64,000 nucleotides of DNA, taken from Chlorobiaceae bacterium (GTDB lineage: Bacteria; Bacteroidota; Chlorobiia; Chlorobiales; Chlorobiaceae). Location of the stretch: contig JAAXWX010000001.1 in NCBI GenBank assembly GCA_013334755.1, positions 35,920 through 99,919 of the forward strand, written 5' to 3'. The translations under genes were made by a program, and so were the position numbers. Every line of letters starts with the position of its first letter. Position 1 is the first letter of the stretch. Below the pieces are notes generated by a model. It was not told where the DNA came from and ran no database searches. It was given only the letters and a program-made list of their open reading frames with translations. Positions 53,370 through 63,000 of this stretch are shown piece after piece.

Positions 53370-54365
53370 TCAGTTAAGCATATTTCGGTCCCGATACCAT
53401 TCGTAAGCGTTCCGAATACTGTGTTCATGGGGCTCATAACGCATATTCAACTCACGTGTGGCCTTGGATGAATCAAAATAGAGATAATGAGAAGCCACCC
53501 GGAACATTGACATATTGAAAAGCTTGGATATCCGGTTGTTGTTTTTGTAAAGATCAAGCGCTGACCTTAATATCTTTGCCATCCAGAAAGGGAGGGGAAA
53601 CAGTACTCTGGGCGCACCTGTTATCCTTGATATCGTATCGGCAAGCATCTTGTAGGAAACGTTTTCACCGCCAAGAATATAACGCTCCCCTGTTTTTCCT
53701 TTTTCCATAGCGGCCATTATCGTATCAGCCACAATTTCAACATCAACCACACAGATCCCCCCAAGAGGATAAAACGGCAGTCGTCTGTTATAGATGTCCT
53801 TGATAATCCGCCCGGCATTGAAATTGATGTCACCGGCACCAAACACAAAAGCCGGATTAACGATAACACAGTCAAGTCCTTTTTTTATCGCTTCAGCAAC
53901 CTCAACTTCGGAAAGGTGCTTCGTTCTTGCATACTCAAGGCTTATAGAGTGAAAATTCCAACTGACAGATTCGTCAACAGGCTTTTTGTCGAAGGCAATT
54001 CCTACAGCAGTTATTGAACTGACATGAACAAATCTTGTGACTCCGGCTGCAACTGATGCCTGCAGCATATTGCGGGTACCTTCAACATTGATTTTATAAA
54101 GGAGTGCATTCTTTTTATCCCCCATATAGGTAAGACCTGCAGAATGATAGACAAGATTTATGCCCTGCAGCGCAGGACCCAGTGAATCCAGATCGGTAAT
54201 ATCACCATAGACAAGCTTGACCTTGTGCAAAACATCAGAAAGTGAGGTTAAATCCGAACTTTTACGGACAAGAATTGAAACTTCATCTTCAGTCGCAGTC
54301 AGCTTTTTCACAAGACTTGAACCAAGAAAACCAGTTGCCCCGGTAACAAGGATTTTTTTATTCAC
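53370..54365 (-). CDS. NAD-dependent epimerase/dehydratase (extended SDR, DFR/HpnA-like)
   Basis: VTGATGFLGS, YHSAG, NVEGT, HVSSITA, YARTK, VNPAFVFG. Confidence 0.9.
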   Translation of the reverse strand: MNKKILVTGATGFLGSSLVKKLTATEDEVSILVRKSSDLTSLSDVLHKVKLVYGDITDLDSLGPALQGINLVYHSAGLTYMGDKKNALLYKINVEGTRNMLQASVAAGVTRFVHVSSITAVGIAFDKKPVDESVSWNFHSISLEYARTKHLSEVEVAEAIKKGLDCVIVNPAFVFGAGDINFNAGRIIKDIYNRRLPFYPLGGICVVDVEIVADTIMAAMEKGKTGERYILGGENVSYKMLADTISRITGAPRVLFPLPFWMAKILRSALDLYKNNNRISKLFNMSMFRVASHYLYFDSSKATRELNMRYEPHEHSIRNAYEWYRDRNMLN

Positions 54366-54453
54366 CAGTATTGTACTTCAATCAATTAACAATCCAACAT
54401 TTTTTCCGCTCACCAAAAAGACCACCAGTGGTTACTGACAAGTCCTTCAATCA

Positions 54454-55497
54454 TTATTGTTCAACGGCGGTCTCATCGACAACAATTTTTCCTTCTATTA
54501 TTTTTTTTCTGATCTCTTCAAGTTGCTGATGATTTTTGAGTCCGATCAATGAAGCATTTTTTTCATTGTACACATAATCCGTATAGCGATCTGCAAGACC
54601 GAATACGGAAACACCACCACCCTTGAAACTTCCATCAAGTACCGTTTCCACAGTTTTCAATACAGCCCTGTCAACAGCCTTGGTCATCGTGCTCAGGACA
54701 AATCCGGGAGCTACAGATTGCTGATCCCGGTCAGTGCAGATAACAAGCGCTTTGCTCTCTCTTGCTGCTTCGATAACACCAAGCCCGCTGGCTCCTGCTG
54801 CCTGATAGATAATATCTGCTCCTTTGCCGTACTGTCCAAGTGCAAGTTCCTTACCCTTGGCAGGATTGGCAAAGGCGCTGCCGGTCATGCCAATATAACC
54901 TGAAATAACGTTGACACCGGGATTGATGGAGCGGACCCCTTCAATAAAGCCACTCTCGAATTTTTTGATGACGCTTGATTCCATCCCACCGATGAATCCA
55001 ACCGTTTTTGTTTTGGTAACCAGAGCTGCAAGTGCGCCTGCCAGAAAAGAGCCTTTTTTCTCTTCGAAAACTATGCCCTGGAGATTTGATGGGATGACAA
55101 CTTCAGGCTGATGGATATAGTCGATGCAGACGAACTTTTTATTGGGGAATTCTGACGCAATAGCGGTAATATCTTCACTGAAGAGCATGCCTACACCGAT
55201 AATCAATCCGATATCCGGATCCACTGCCATCTGGCGCAAAGCAGCCTCACGGTCAGCTCCCTCTCCCTGCGGCTCGATAAAAAGAAAGTTTATGCCATGC
55301 TTTGCCTTGGCTAATTCCAGGCCGTTATAGGCAGAATCATTGAATGATTTATCACCCCTCCCGCCGACATCAAAGACCAGACCAATCTGCAGCTTGCCAT
55401 CTGAAGAATCTCCGTTCACTTTTTTTTCTTTGTTTTGCCCGGAACAACCTGCAAGAAAACATAAAAAGCACAGAAACAAAGAAAACGAATGCTTCAT
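54454..55497 (-). CDS. BMP family ABC transporter substrate-binding lipoprotein
   Basis: Lipobox LAGC, GGRGDKSFNDSA, GFIGG, IYQAAGASGLG, DRDQ. Confidence 0.92.
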   Translation of the reverse strand: MKHSFSLFLCFLCFLAGCSGQNKEKKVNGDSSDGKLQIGLVFDVGGRGDKSFNDSAYNGLELAKAKHGINFLFIEPQGEGADREAALRQMAVDPDIGLIIGVGMLFSEDITAIASEFPNKKFVCIDYIHQPEVVIPSNLQGIVFEEKKGSFLAGALAALVTKTKTVGFIGGMESSVIKKFESGFIEGVRSINPGVNVISGYIGMTGSAFANPAKGKELALGQYGKGADIIYQAAGASGLGVIEAARESKALVICTDRDQQSVAPGFVLSTMTKAVDRAVLKTVETVLDGSFKGGGVSVFGLADRYTDYVYNEKNASLIGLKNHQQLEEIRKKIIEGKIVVDETAVEQ

Positions 55498-55658
55498 CGA
55501 TTTGCGGAAAAAAGGTTTATCAGACCTGTTAATTTTTTGACGCTGCTAATTTATGAAATAATCGCTCTATTTAAAAGCTGCATATATCGGTAATGGGAGT
55601 AATTTGCGCTTATTTTACATCTGCACGATAGTAACATCTGATCATTATGCGCAAATCA

Positions 55659-56525
55659 TCATTGTCGACGGGGCATGCCAGCCTGCTTCTTCATCAGAAG
55701 AAAGTACCTTCCTATTCCAATAACCTCTTTAATTTCAATAATTAATTTGATTAACATCATTATTGGAGGTTGATGCCTCAAACGACTGCTCCGTCCGGTT
55801 ATTGCCCGAATTTTTGGTACCAGAACAGTCGCAACCTTTTCAGGCCTTTGTGCGATGATCTTGAATAGCCTTAGAGCACCTTCCGAAGCATCCTGAAACA
55901 GCAACCCGGTCTGCACAAGGCCGGGGCTCAGCTCATGAACCCCTATGCTGGTTATTCCCGCTTCCTTTAATTCTCCGGAAAGAAATTGAGTCAGTTCCGC
56001 CACTCCCCTTTTCGATGCCTTGTGAGAAACCGCTGAACGTGAGAAAAAAGCACCAAGTGATGAAAAGCCCATGTTGAAAATATGATAAACAGGTTCTGGT
56101 GAGGAGGGCTGACGCATCATAAGCCTGATTGCTTCAGCGCAGAGCATGATTGATCCTGAAAGGTTGGTCGTGCAGGTTTCCAGAATATCATCGGCATGAA
56201 GCTCCCATAACGGTCGTTTTAACCGACCCGCAGTACCAGCATTGTTTATCCACCGGTCAACTCTACCGAGCCGGGAAGCAGCAAAAGCGGCAAGTGCCTT
56301 TCCATCTTGAGGATTGCCTGCATCACACACCATTCCATAAACCACTCCATATGGCTTAGCCAGTTGGAGTGAGTATAACGCTTCATCAAGACGCTGAGGG
56401 TTCCTGCCGCAAATGACCACACGGTCACCAACAGAAATAAACACCTCGGCAAGGGCATACCCCAATCCTTTGGTGCCACCGGTGATGACAACACCCAGGG
56501 AATCCTCCATCTTTACTTTATTCAT
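55659..56525 (-). CDS. SDR oxidoreductase, chlorophyll(ide) b reductase (NOL/NYC1)-like
   Basis: VITGGTKGLG, GDRVVI, WINNAG, TNLSG, HIFNM, VHELSPGLV; catalytic YxxxK reads HKASK; start ATG 56525. Confidence 0.8.
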   Translation of the reverse strand: MNKVKMEDSLGVVITGGTKGLGYALAEVFISVGDRVVICGRNPQRLDEALYSLQLAKPYGVVYGMVCDAGNPQDGKALAAFAASRLGRVDRWINNAGTAGRLKRPLWELHADDILETCTTNLSGSIMLCAEAIRLMMRQPSSPEPVYHIFNMGFSSLGAFFSRSAVSHKASKRGVAELTQFLSGELKEAGITSIGVHELSPGLVQTGLLFQDASEGALRLFKIIAQRPEKVATVLVPKIRAITGRSSRLRHQPPIMMLIKLIIEIKEVIGIGRYFLLMKKQAGMPRRQ

Positions 56526-56808
56526 TCCTTTCCCTTTTCCTGTCAGCACCCGGTTAACTTCATGGGTATTATTTTCACGTATGCAGTTGGAATATTTTTT
56601 AATATGTTCTGTAACTTAAAATCAAAGATTATTGTAATAAACTGATAAAATAACACCATGCCTCGACCTTTTCAGCAAACGATCCCTTAAAAAACGATTC
56701 CCGGTTATATTGTACCGCGTTATAAACGTTGCTAATTTTTTAAAGATAAATAAAACAGTCCCGGAAGCTCGAGATTGAAATAGAGCATCCCGAGCCAATC
56801 ACCAATGA

Positions 56809-57432
56809 TTGCTTCACAGGATTCAAACCCTCCGCTCTTATATGAAACTCTTTTTTAAACTTACCCTGATTTGTGTTTTTTCGGTAAGTGCATCAGCAGC
56901 AATCTTTTTTTTAAGCCTTGGTTTTCTGGTTTCACAACATGCTGCAAATCCAGAAAAAAGTGATGTCATTGTTGTATTGGGAGGCGATAATGGGCTTCGG
57001 GTACGTAAAGGAGCTGAGTTATATAATGCTGGATACGCAGCTCATGTGATTCTGACCGGTATTGACGAACGATTTTACCGCCCCGGTCATCCAAACTGGC
57101 GTGAGCGCCGCATAATAGCACTGGGTGTCCCCAAAAAAGCGATCAGGGTCGATGCCAAATCCAAAACAACCTGGGAGGAAGCGGAAAATACATCAAACAC
57201 TATGGAGAAAAACGGATGGAAAAGTGTTATTGTCGTCAGTGACCCTCCTCATCTGCTCCGCCTTCACCAGACATGGAGCAAGGCATTTGAAGGGTCGTCA
57301 AAAAAATTTATTCTGATATCGACAAGCCCTCCATGGTGGCACAAGGTATTCTGGTGGAAAAACAAGCAAAGTTACCAATTTGTCATAAGCGAGATTAAAA
57401 AAAACCTCTTCTACGCTGCAGTGTACTACTGA
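56809..57432 (+). CDS. YdcF/DUF218 family protein
   Basis: N-terminal TM, DVIVVLGG, ILTG, SKTTWEEA, IVVSDPPHLLR. Confidence 0.88.
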   Translation: MLHRIQTLRSYMKLFFKLTLICVFSVSASAAIFFLSLGFLVSQHAANPEKSDVIVVLGGDNGLRVRKGAELYNAGYAAHVILTGIDERFYRPGHPNWRERRIIALGVPKKAIRVDAKSKTTWEEAENTSNTMEKNGWKSVIVVSDPPHLLRLHQTWSKAFEGSSKKFILISTSPPWWHKVFWWKNKQSYQFVISEIKKNLFYAAVYY

Positions 57433-57632
57433 AAGTCAGGAGTGTCCACCGACAACTATTCGCATGATTTTAACATTTAAAACGATGAACCGAAAGAGTT
57501 GCCACGGAAGGTTTTTCCTCCAGAACAACGTCCCTTTTGACGGAACCGGCGGATAGGCTTCGTCATAATATGCCTTGACTTTATTTGTGCCCATAATGCA
57601 TTTCAAATTTAACAGTTGATTTCAATTTCCGA

Positions 57633-59087
57633 TTATTCAGGAATTAACCACCAGAATGGATAGCCTTTAGCTTTGTGGAAGAAAAGATAGTGCAGGATCA
57701 CTTTCAGCCAATGGCCGGCAAGACCGGCTTCCCCTAAAGAATAGTGCATGTCGCGGCCCCATTCAGGATACTTTTCCCAGTCAGGAACAACCGGAAAGAG
57801 GGTCATAGATGCTCCCAGACCATCAAATGAACCGAATCCTGCTGATACAACACATGCTGCGCCCATTCTGCTCATTGAGGCTTTATGACGATGTTCCTGC
57901 GCTCCCTGGATTTTTTCTGCAATATTTAGCGCGACAATTTTCCCCATAACACCGGCAGGCATACCGGTTCGAGGCGCTGTGGGAAAAATCTGGCGACCAG
58001 TCGGACTCGACATGGGCTTTGAAATCGGATGCGGTGGGGCGAAGGCGATGCCTGGAGCATAGATGTTTTTGAACAGAGGATTCTGGTAAATCGACGGCCA
58101 GTCATCAGCTTTCCAATCTTCAAATGGTTTCGCGGTGTAGTCCGCATCAACCTTCATAAGCTTGTTCGGCGCAAACATCTTTTCCGTAATATCCGTCCCT
58201 GTCTTATCGTATGCAGTCAGACCAACTCCGGAAAAAGAAGGAATAAGCATGGCGAAATCAAATTCCTGTATTTTCTCTTCTCCTTCCAGCGTTTCGTAAT
58301 ACGCCTTGCCGGGCTCAACCTTATAGACTCCGGCTCTTCTTATCCAGTTGATTCCGTACTCGGCCATAAGAGATTCGGTGAAAACTTTCGTCGGAGTATA
58401 GTAACCTCCCCGGTTAATGAATGCTCCGGCCATGCCAAAATCACCCAGTTCATACTCATTCGACAGCCAGGTAATCTGTGCCATATGGCTGAGACCGAGT
58501 TTTGAAATTTCATAGGCAACATTGAGGATATATTCAAAAGCCGCACCCTGGCATGTTGCCATGGCATGACCGGTGCCAATCAAAAAGCGCTGTTTTTGAC
58601 CAGCCTGCATCTTTTTGATGTTTTCCTGAAGGTTCTCCCAGGCATGCGCTGCATGACCATAAGTACAGACCGAAAAGGTATTTTTATCGGGACCAAGACC
58701 TTCAGTCGCTTCGAAATTAAGCTTTGGACCTGTTGCGTTGACAAGATAATCATAGTCAACCTTCTCCGTCTGACCGTTCCTTACTCCATCGGTGTATTCA
58801 ATCGTCACATACCCTTTCGCAATTTCATGATCACCTTCAGGATGGATTTCAACCGCTTTGGCTTGTTTAAGGATTATACCCCAACGGGCATAGACTTTTT
58901 TCAATTCGAAGCGGACATCGTCGATGGACATCTGACCCACACCAACCCATATGTTTGATGGAATCCATTGATAGTAAGCGTTTGGGGTAACAACGACTAC
59001 CTCATGATGTTTGCCAAGCTTTTTTTTGAGAAATGAGGCGGCGGTATGGCCAGAAACACCAGCACCTAAAACAACGACCTTTGCCAT
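57633..59087 (-). CDS. sqr: Sulfide:quinone oxidoreductase (SqrD-type)
   Basis: VVLGAGVSG, WIPSNIWVGVG, SVC, GHAMATCQGAAFEY, APRTG, AACVVSAG; matches the Chlorobi SqrD pattern. Confidence 0.93.
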   Translation of the reverse strand: MAKVVVLGAGVSGHTAASFLKKKLGKHHEVVVVTPNAYYQWIPSNIWVGVGQMSIDDVRFELKKVYARWGIILKQAKAVEIHPEGDHEIAKGYVTIEYTDGVRNGQTEKVDYDYLVNATGPKLNFEATEGLGPDKNTFSVCTYGHAAHAWENLQENIKKMQAGQKQRFLIGTGHAMATCQGAAFEYILNVAYEISKLGLSHMAQITWLSNEYELGDFGMAGAFINRGGYYTPTKVFTESLMAEYGINWIRRAGVYKVEPGKAYYETLEGEEKIQEFDFAMLIPSFSGVGLTAYDKTGTDITEKMFAPNKLMKVDADYTAKPFEDWKADDWPSIYQNPLFKNIYAPGIAFAPPHPISKPMSSPTGRQIFPTAPRTGMPAGVMGKIVALNIAEKIQGAQEHRHKASMSRMGAACVVSAGFGSFDGLGASMTLFPVVPDWEKYPEWGRDMHYSLGEAGLAGHWLKVILHYLFFHKAKGYPFWWLIPE

Positions 59088-59797
59088 AAAATGTCAATTA
59101 TTTCAATGAAATCACACTGCTATATCTTTTATATAACTATATAGTTATTTAAAAGCAAACAAGGAAGAGTAACTTTTGTTTTTGCTTGAATGGCAGGGCA
59201 ATAAAATAAGATTTGAAGTGCTGCTTATTTGCAACCATGAACGGATCCCCTGTATTTAGCAATATTGCCGATCAAGACATTTACCATGCAAGATACAAAT
59301 TTATCTTCTCGATAAGCTGAAAAAGCCGCAGGAACCTCTGAAACAGCGAAGGCATTGCGGGAACTAAAATCAGCAGCCAGCCATTATTGCCTCAGTTTAT
59401 GTCTCAATAGCTCAGATTGGATTGAAACCACATTTATCAATAAGTAGTGATGCAACATTTGGAGTCATGGCTCAAAGCTGCTCCCTTTCACGCCAGGTTA
59501 AAGCAATGCAAGCTGCACGGGAACTGCTTTCTGTTTGTACCAGACAATGTTAACCCGCCATTCCCATAGTAAACCTCCGGTATATTGTTCTTCAACTATA
59601 GTGATAATATCTCTTTTCATCATTGATTACTCCTTTTATAGGCTCAATAGGGAAATATTTTTTTTGAATAAATGCCATATAACGGCATAATTTATCCTGA
59701 ACTGAAAGAACAGATTTGTTGCTATACATTCAGTACATTTGGTTTAGCTTTTTACCTTAGACTCTCCATAACGATCTATAAGAGAACAGGCTGAGCA

Positions 59798-61039
59798 ATG
59801 ACATTCGAACTGGATCCCGGACTGTTTGAAAACGTACAAGGCAAAGGAATAACCATCAAAATCGTCGGCATCGGCGGATGTGGCTGCAATGTCTTGAACA
59901 CAATGATTGAGAATGAAATCAACGGTGTTCAATATGTTGCATTCAACACAGCACCTCAAGAGCTTCTGGCTTCAAAGGCTCCAATCAGAGTGAGAATCGG
60001 TAAAAATGCGGCGAATGGTATCGAACCAACTGCCGTTTTTGCAAAAACTCCATTGAACAATCCTCTCTTTTCTGAAGAAGACCGCGAACATGTTGCTACG
60101 CAACTCCATGGGGCGGATATAGTCATTATTGCGGCAGGGATGGGAAAAAGCACAGGAAGCACGGCTGCCCCATTGATTGCCCTGATAGCAAGGAACATGG
60201 GTATCCTGACGCTCGGGCTGGTAACAAAACCGTTCACATGCGAAGGAAAAATGAAGGCAAAGACCGCAGAGGATGGAATTACAGAGCTGCGTAAATACAT
60301 CGACACACTTATCCTTGTTGATAATGAACAGATCATGAGTGGTGCCGAAGAGCACACAACTGTCAACGAAGCCTTCAATATGGCTAACGATGTCATATAC
60401 AGGGCGGCGAAAGGAATTGCAGATATACTTAACAGCCGTGGGCATATCAATGTCAACTTTGGCGACCTCTGCGGGCTGATGACGAATGCTGGTGAAGCGG
60501 TTATCGGCACAGCTGCAGCTTCAGGCGAAAGACGTGCCCTGAGGGCATCAACGGATGCATTCAACAATCTCCTTCTTGGAGGTGTATTGGTACAAGGCGC
60601 CAAAGGACTACTGGTCAACATTACAGGCGAAGTGACCATGAAAGATCTGGCGGAGGCAATGACCTACATTGAGGATCAGGTTGGCAATGAAACCACTATT
60701 ATCAACGGCTACATAGATGAAGCAACCATATCGGGCGAAACAAGGGTAACGGTTATTATCACCGGCTTCAAGAGAAAACCGACAGAGGACCTTGACCATA
60801 CCCGGTCAGAAAAACACAAGGAAACATGCAGCATCGGCAACGGAACACCTTCATTACCCAAAACTGATTATTCCATTCCAGCCTATATCCGAAGGCGGAC
60901 ATTGATCCATGATGGAGAACCTGAGGAGCAAAGCCCATTGTTCCCAGTCAAAAAAGAGTTGAGTGCCGATAGAATTCAAAAAGGCCTGCCAGATACTCCG
61001 GCATATCTTCGCAGGATAAAAAACGGAAACAATGATTGA
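59798..61039 (+). CDS. Divergent FtsZ paralog
   Basis: FtsZ fold motifs (KIVGIGG, AGMG, VTKPF..EG, IDTLI..DN, AFNMANDV, RVTVIITGF, IPAYIRR) with altered T3, T4 and T7 loops; no neighbouring ftsA. Confidence 0.9.
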   Translation: MTFELDPGLFENVQGKGITIKIVGIGGCGCNVLNTMIENEINGVQYVAFNTAPQELLASKAPIRVRIGKNAANGIEPTAVFAKTPLNNPLFSEEDREHVATQLHGADIVIIAAGMGKSTGSTAAPLIALIARNMGILTLGLVTKPFTCEGKMKAKTAEDGITELRKYIDTLILVDNEQIMSGAEEHTTVNEAFNMANDVIYRAAKGIADILNSRGHINVNFGDLCGLMTNAGEAVIGTAAASGERRALRASTDAFNNLLLGGVLVQGAKGLLVNITGEVTMKDLAEAMTYIEDQVGNETTIINGYIDEATISGETRVTVIITGFKRKPTEDLDHTRSEKHKETCSIGNGTPSLPKTDYSIPAYIRRRTLIHDGEPEEQSPLFPVKKELSADRIQKGLPDTPAYLRRIKNGNND

Positions 61040-61225
61040 TACCGAATTATTTTTTTTACAAGCCGGCACATAAATAATGCCAGCCATTTTCTGAAAAAAA
61101 AATAATAACGTGCTGGTTTTGGTTGAAAAAGAAGAATAAAGAACGTGAAATCAATATTAAAATGGTAATCTGTTGTACACCTTTCGAGAATTGTACATGC
61201 AGTTTTACTATGAGGGAAATCATCC

Positions 61226-61534
61226 ATGCTTGCCAGGAAAATGCCACCACTTCATCCAGGAACTGTTCTGCTTGAAGAGTACCTTACCCCCATGAATCTT
61301 AGCGAGAACAGAATTGCCGAAGATATGCAAATTCCGGTCTGGCGTATCAACGATATTATTGCGGGAAAACGATGCATCACAGCAGAGACTGCTTTGCGGC
61401 TTGCTCGCTATTTCAGCACCCCGCCACAATTCTGGTTTGGACTGCAAATGGACTACGATCTTAAAGTAGCCCTGAATAAGGAAGGTGCAAACATTGAACG
61501 GGAGATCAAGGCCTGCGATGATTCAAGACCATAA
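61226..61534 (+). CDS. HigA family antitoxin (XRE HTH)
   Basis: HPGTVLLEEYL, RINDIIAGKRCITAETALRLARYFST.PQFW.GLQ..YDL. Confidence 0.92.
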   Translation: MLARKMPPLHPGTVLLEEYLTPMNLSENRIAEDMQIPVWRINDIIAGKRCITAETALRLARYFSTPPQFWFGLQMDYDLKVALNKEGANIEREIKACDDSRP

Positions 61535-61542
61535 TCGTTCTG

Positions 61543-62853
61543 CTACTCTTCATTGTTGACTATATCGTTTTCTGCTTCAGCTGCCATGTCCGGCGGTATC
61601 TGACGGCTCACTTTTGCCCCAAGCCTGCGGATCTCCTCGACCCTGCCAACAAGATTGCCCCGTCCCTCTTTCAGGCGTTTCAGAACCACGTCAAACGATT
61701 CCGATACTCCTGAAAGTTTTTTACGTGCTTCGATTATTGCCTCAAAAACAAGAAAGGCTTGATCATAGATCTTTCCGGCCTTTTCAGCGATAAGCTCGGC
61801 ATTACTGTTCTCATTCTCACGCCGCCAGATCTGCGAAATCAGCTTGAGGGTGATCATGAGCGTCGTCGGACCGCACAAAACAACGTTTTTACCTGCAAGA
61901 TCATAGATCAGATCGGGATCGTTTTGCATAACTGCATGCCATGCCGGTTCGAGCGGAATGCACATGATGACAAAATCAAGCGTCCGGTTGCCACCGATAC
62001 CACTGTAATCTTTTGTCTGCAAATCGGCAACATGACGACGCACTGACTGTATATGCTCCCTGAGGACCGACTGGCGTTTCGTATCCTGCTCAACGCTGCA
62101 GAAACGTTCATAGGCCGTCAGCGAAACCTTGGAATCAACAATCACAGCTTTGTTCCCCGGCAACATCACCATAAAATCCGGGCGTTTAAGCAACCCGTCC
62201 TCTCCCCTGAAGCTCTCCTGGGCCAAGTATTCCCGGCCTTTTTCAAGACCCGAAGCTTCAAATATTCGCTCAATAATCATCTCGCCCCAGTCACCCTGTT
62301 TTTTCGAGTCGCCCTTAATAGCGCGAGCCAGCAGGTTTGCCTCATCGCTCACTCTGCTGCTCATCTCCTGAAGCTGTCGAACCTGCTCGACAAGTCGTGC
62401 AGACTGTTCCGTATCCTTGTTATGAACCTCGTCAACCCTCTTTCGAAACGAGTCAAGCTGTTCACGCAAAGGCTGAAGTATACCTTCCATTCGTTCACGG
62501 TTTTCCATTCCAAGCGCTCTGCTTCGATCCTCAAAGATTCTGTTGGAAAGGTTTTCAAACTCAATTTTCAATCGTAATTCCGACTCTTGCATAAGGAGCA
62601 TTTTTTCGGCGGCGTTGCGCCTTTCGTTCTCGATATCAGATTCAAGACGTGCATGAGTGATTTTCAGAGTTTCAAGCTCGATGCTTTTCGCTTCGAGCCG
62701 GAGATCGTTGGCACGGGCATCTTTTTCAACACCCCGGAGGCGAAGCAATTCCGTTTTCAGGGGAGCATCACGTATCAGACGGTAGACCACAAAAACCAGA
62801 AGAATAAGAAGAAGCAGAAGGATAGAGAGAGTGATAGTATAGGTCATGAGCAT
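61543..62853 (-). CDS. rmuC: DNA recombination protein RmuC
   Basis: N-terminal TM plus coiled coil, GDWGEMII, RPDFMV.LP, IVDSKVSL, DFVIMCIP, PTTLM. Confidence 0.95.
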   Translation of the reverse strand: MLMTYTITLSILLLLLILLVFVVYRLIRDAPLKTELLRLRGVEKDARANDLRLEAKSIELETLKITHARLESDIENERRNAAEKMLLMQESELRLKIEFENLSNRIFEDRSRALGMENRERMEGILQPLREQLDSFRKRVDEVHNKDTEQSARLVEQVRQLQEMSSRVSDEANLLARAIKGDSKKQGDWGEMIIERIFEASGLEKGREYLAQESFRGEDGLLKRPDFMVMLPGNKAVIVDSKVSLTAYERFCSVEQDTKRQSVLREHIQSVRRHVADLQTKDYSGIGGNRTLDFVIMCIPLEPAWHAVMQNDPDLIYDLAGKNVVLCGPTTLMITLKLISQIWRRENENSNAELIAEKAGKIYDQAFLVFEAIIEARKKLSGVSESFDVVLKRLKEGRGNLVGRVEEIRRLGAKVSRQIPPDMAAEAENDIVNNEE

Positions 62854-63000
62854 TGCCCTGATTATGGGATTAAAAGCATCGCCTGGTTCTGACTGATAAA
62901 ATTGTGCTCCGGGACAATCACAACCATTCTACCGGTAAATGAAGTCTGAATAAAGATGAAATCATTCTTCATCAGATTGCTGATGCATTGCCACTGTTGG

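Noticed and set aside
59956-60639. 227-aa antisense ORF inside the FtsZ paralog, and similar long shadow ORFs (e.g. 43957..44688, 47852..48448, 22130..22690, 32106..32639)
   Set aside because: Fully overlap well-supported genes on the opposite strand and have no recognisable motifs
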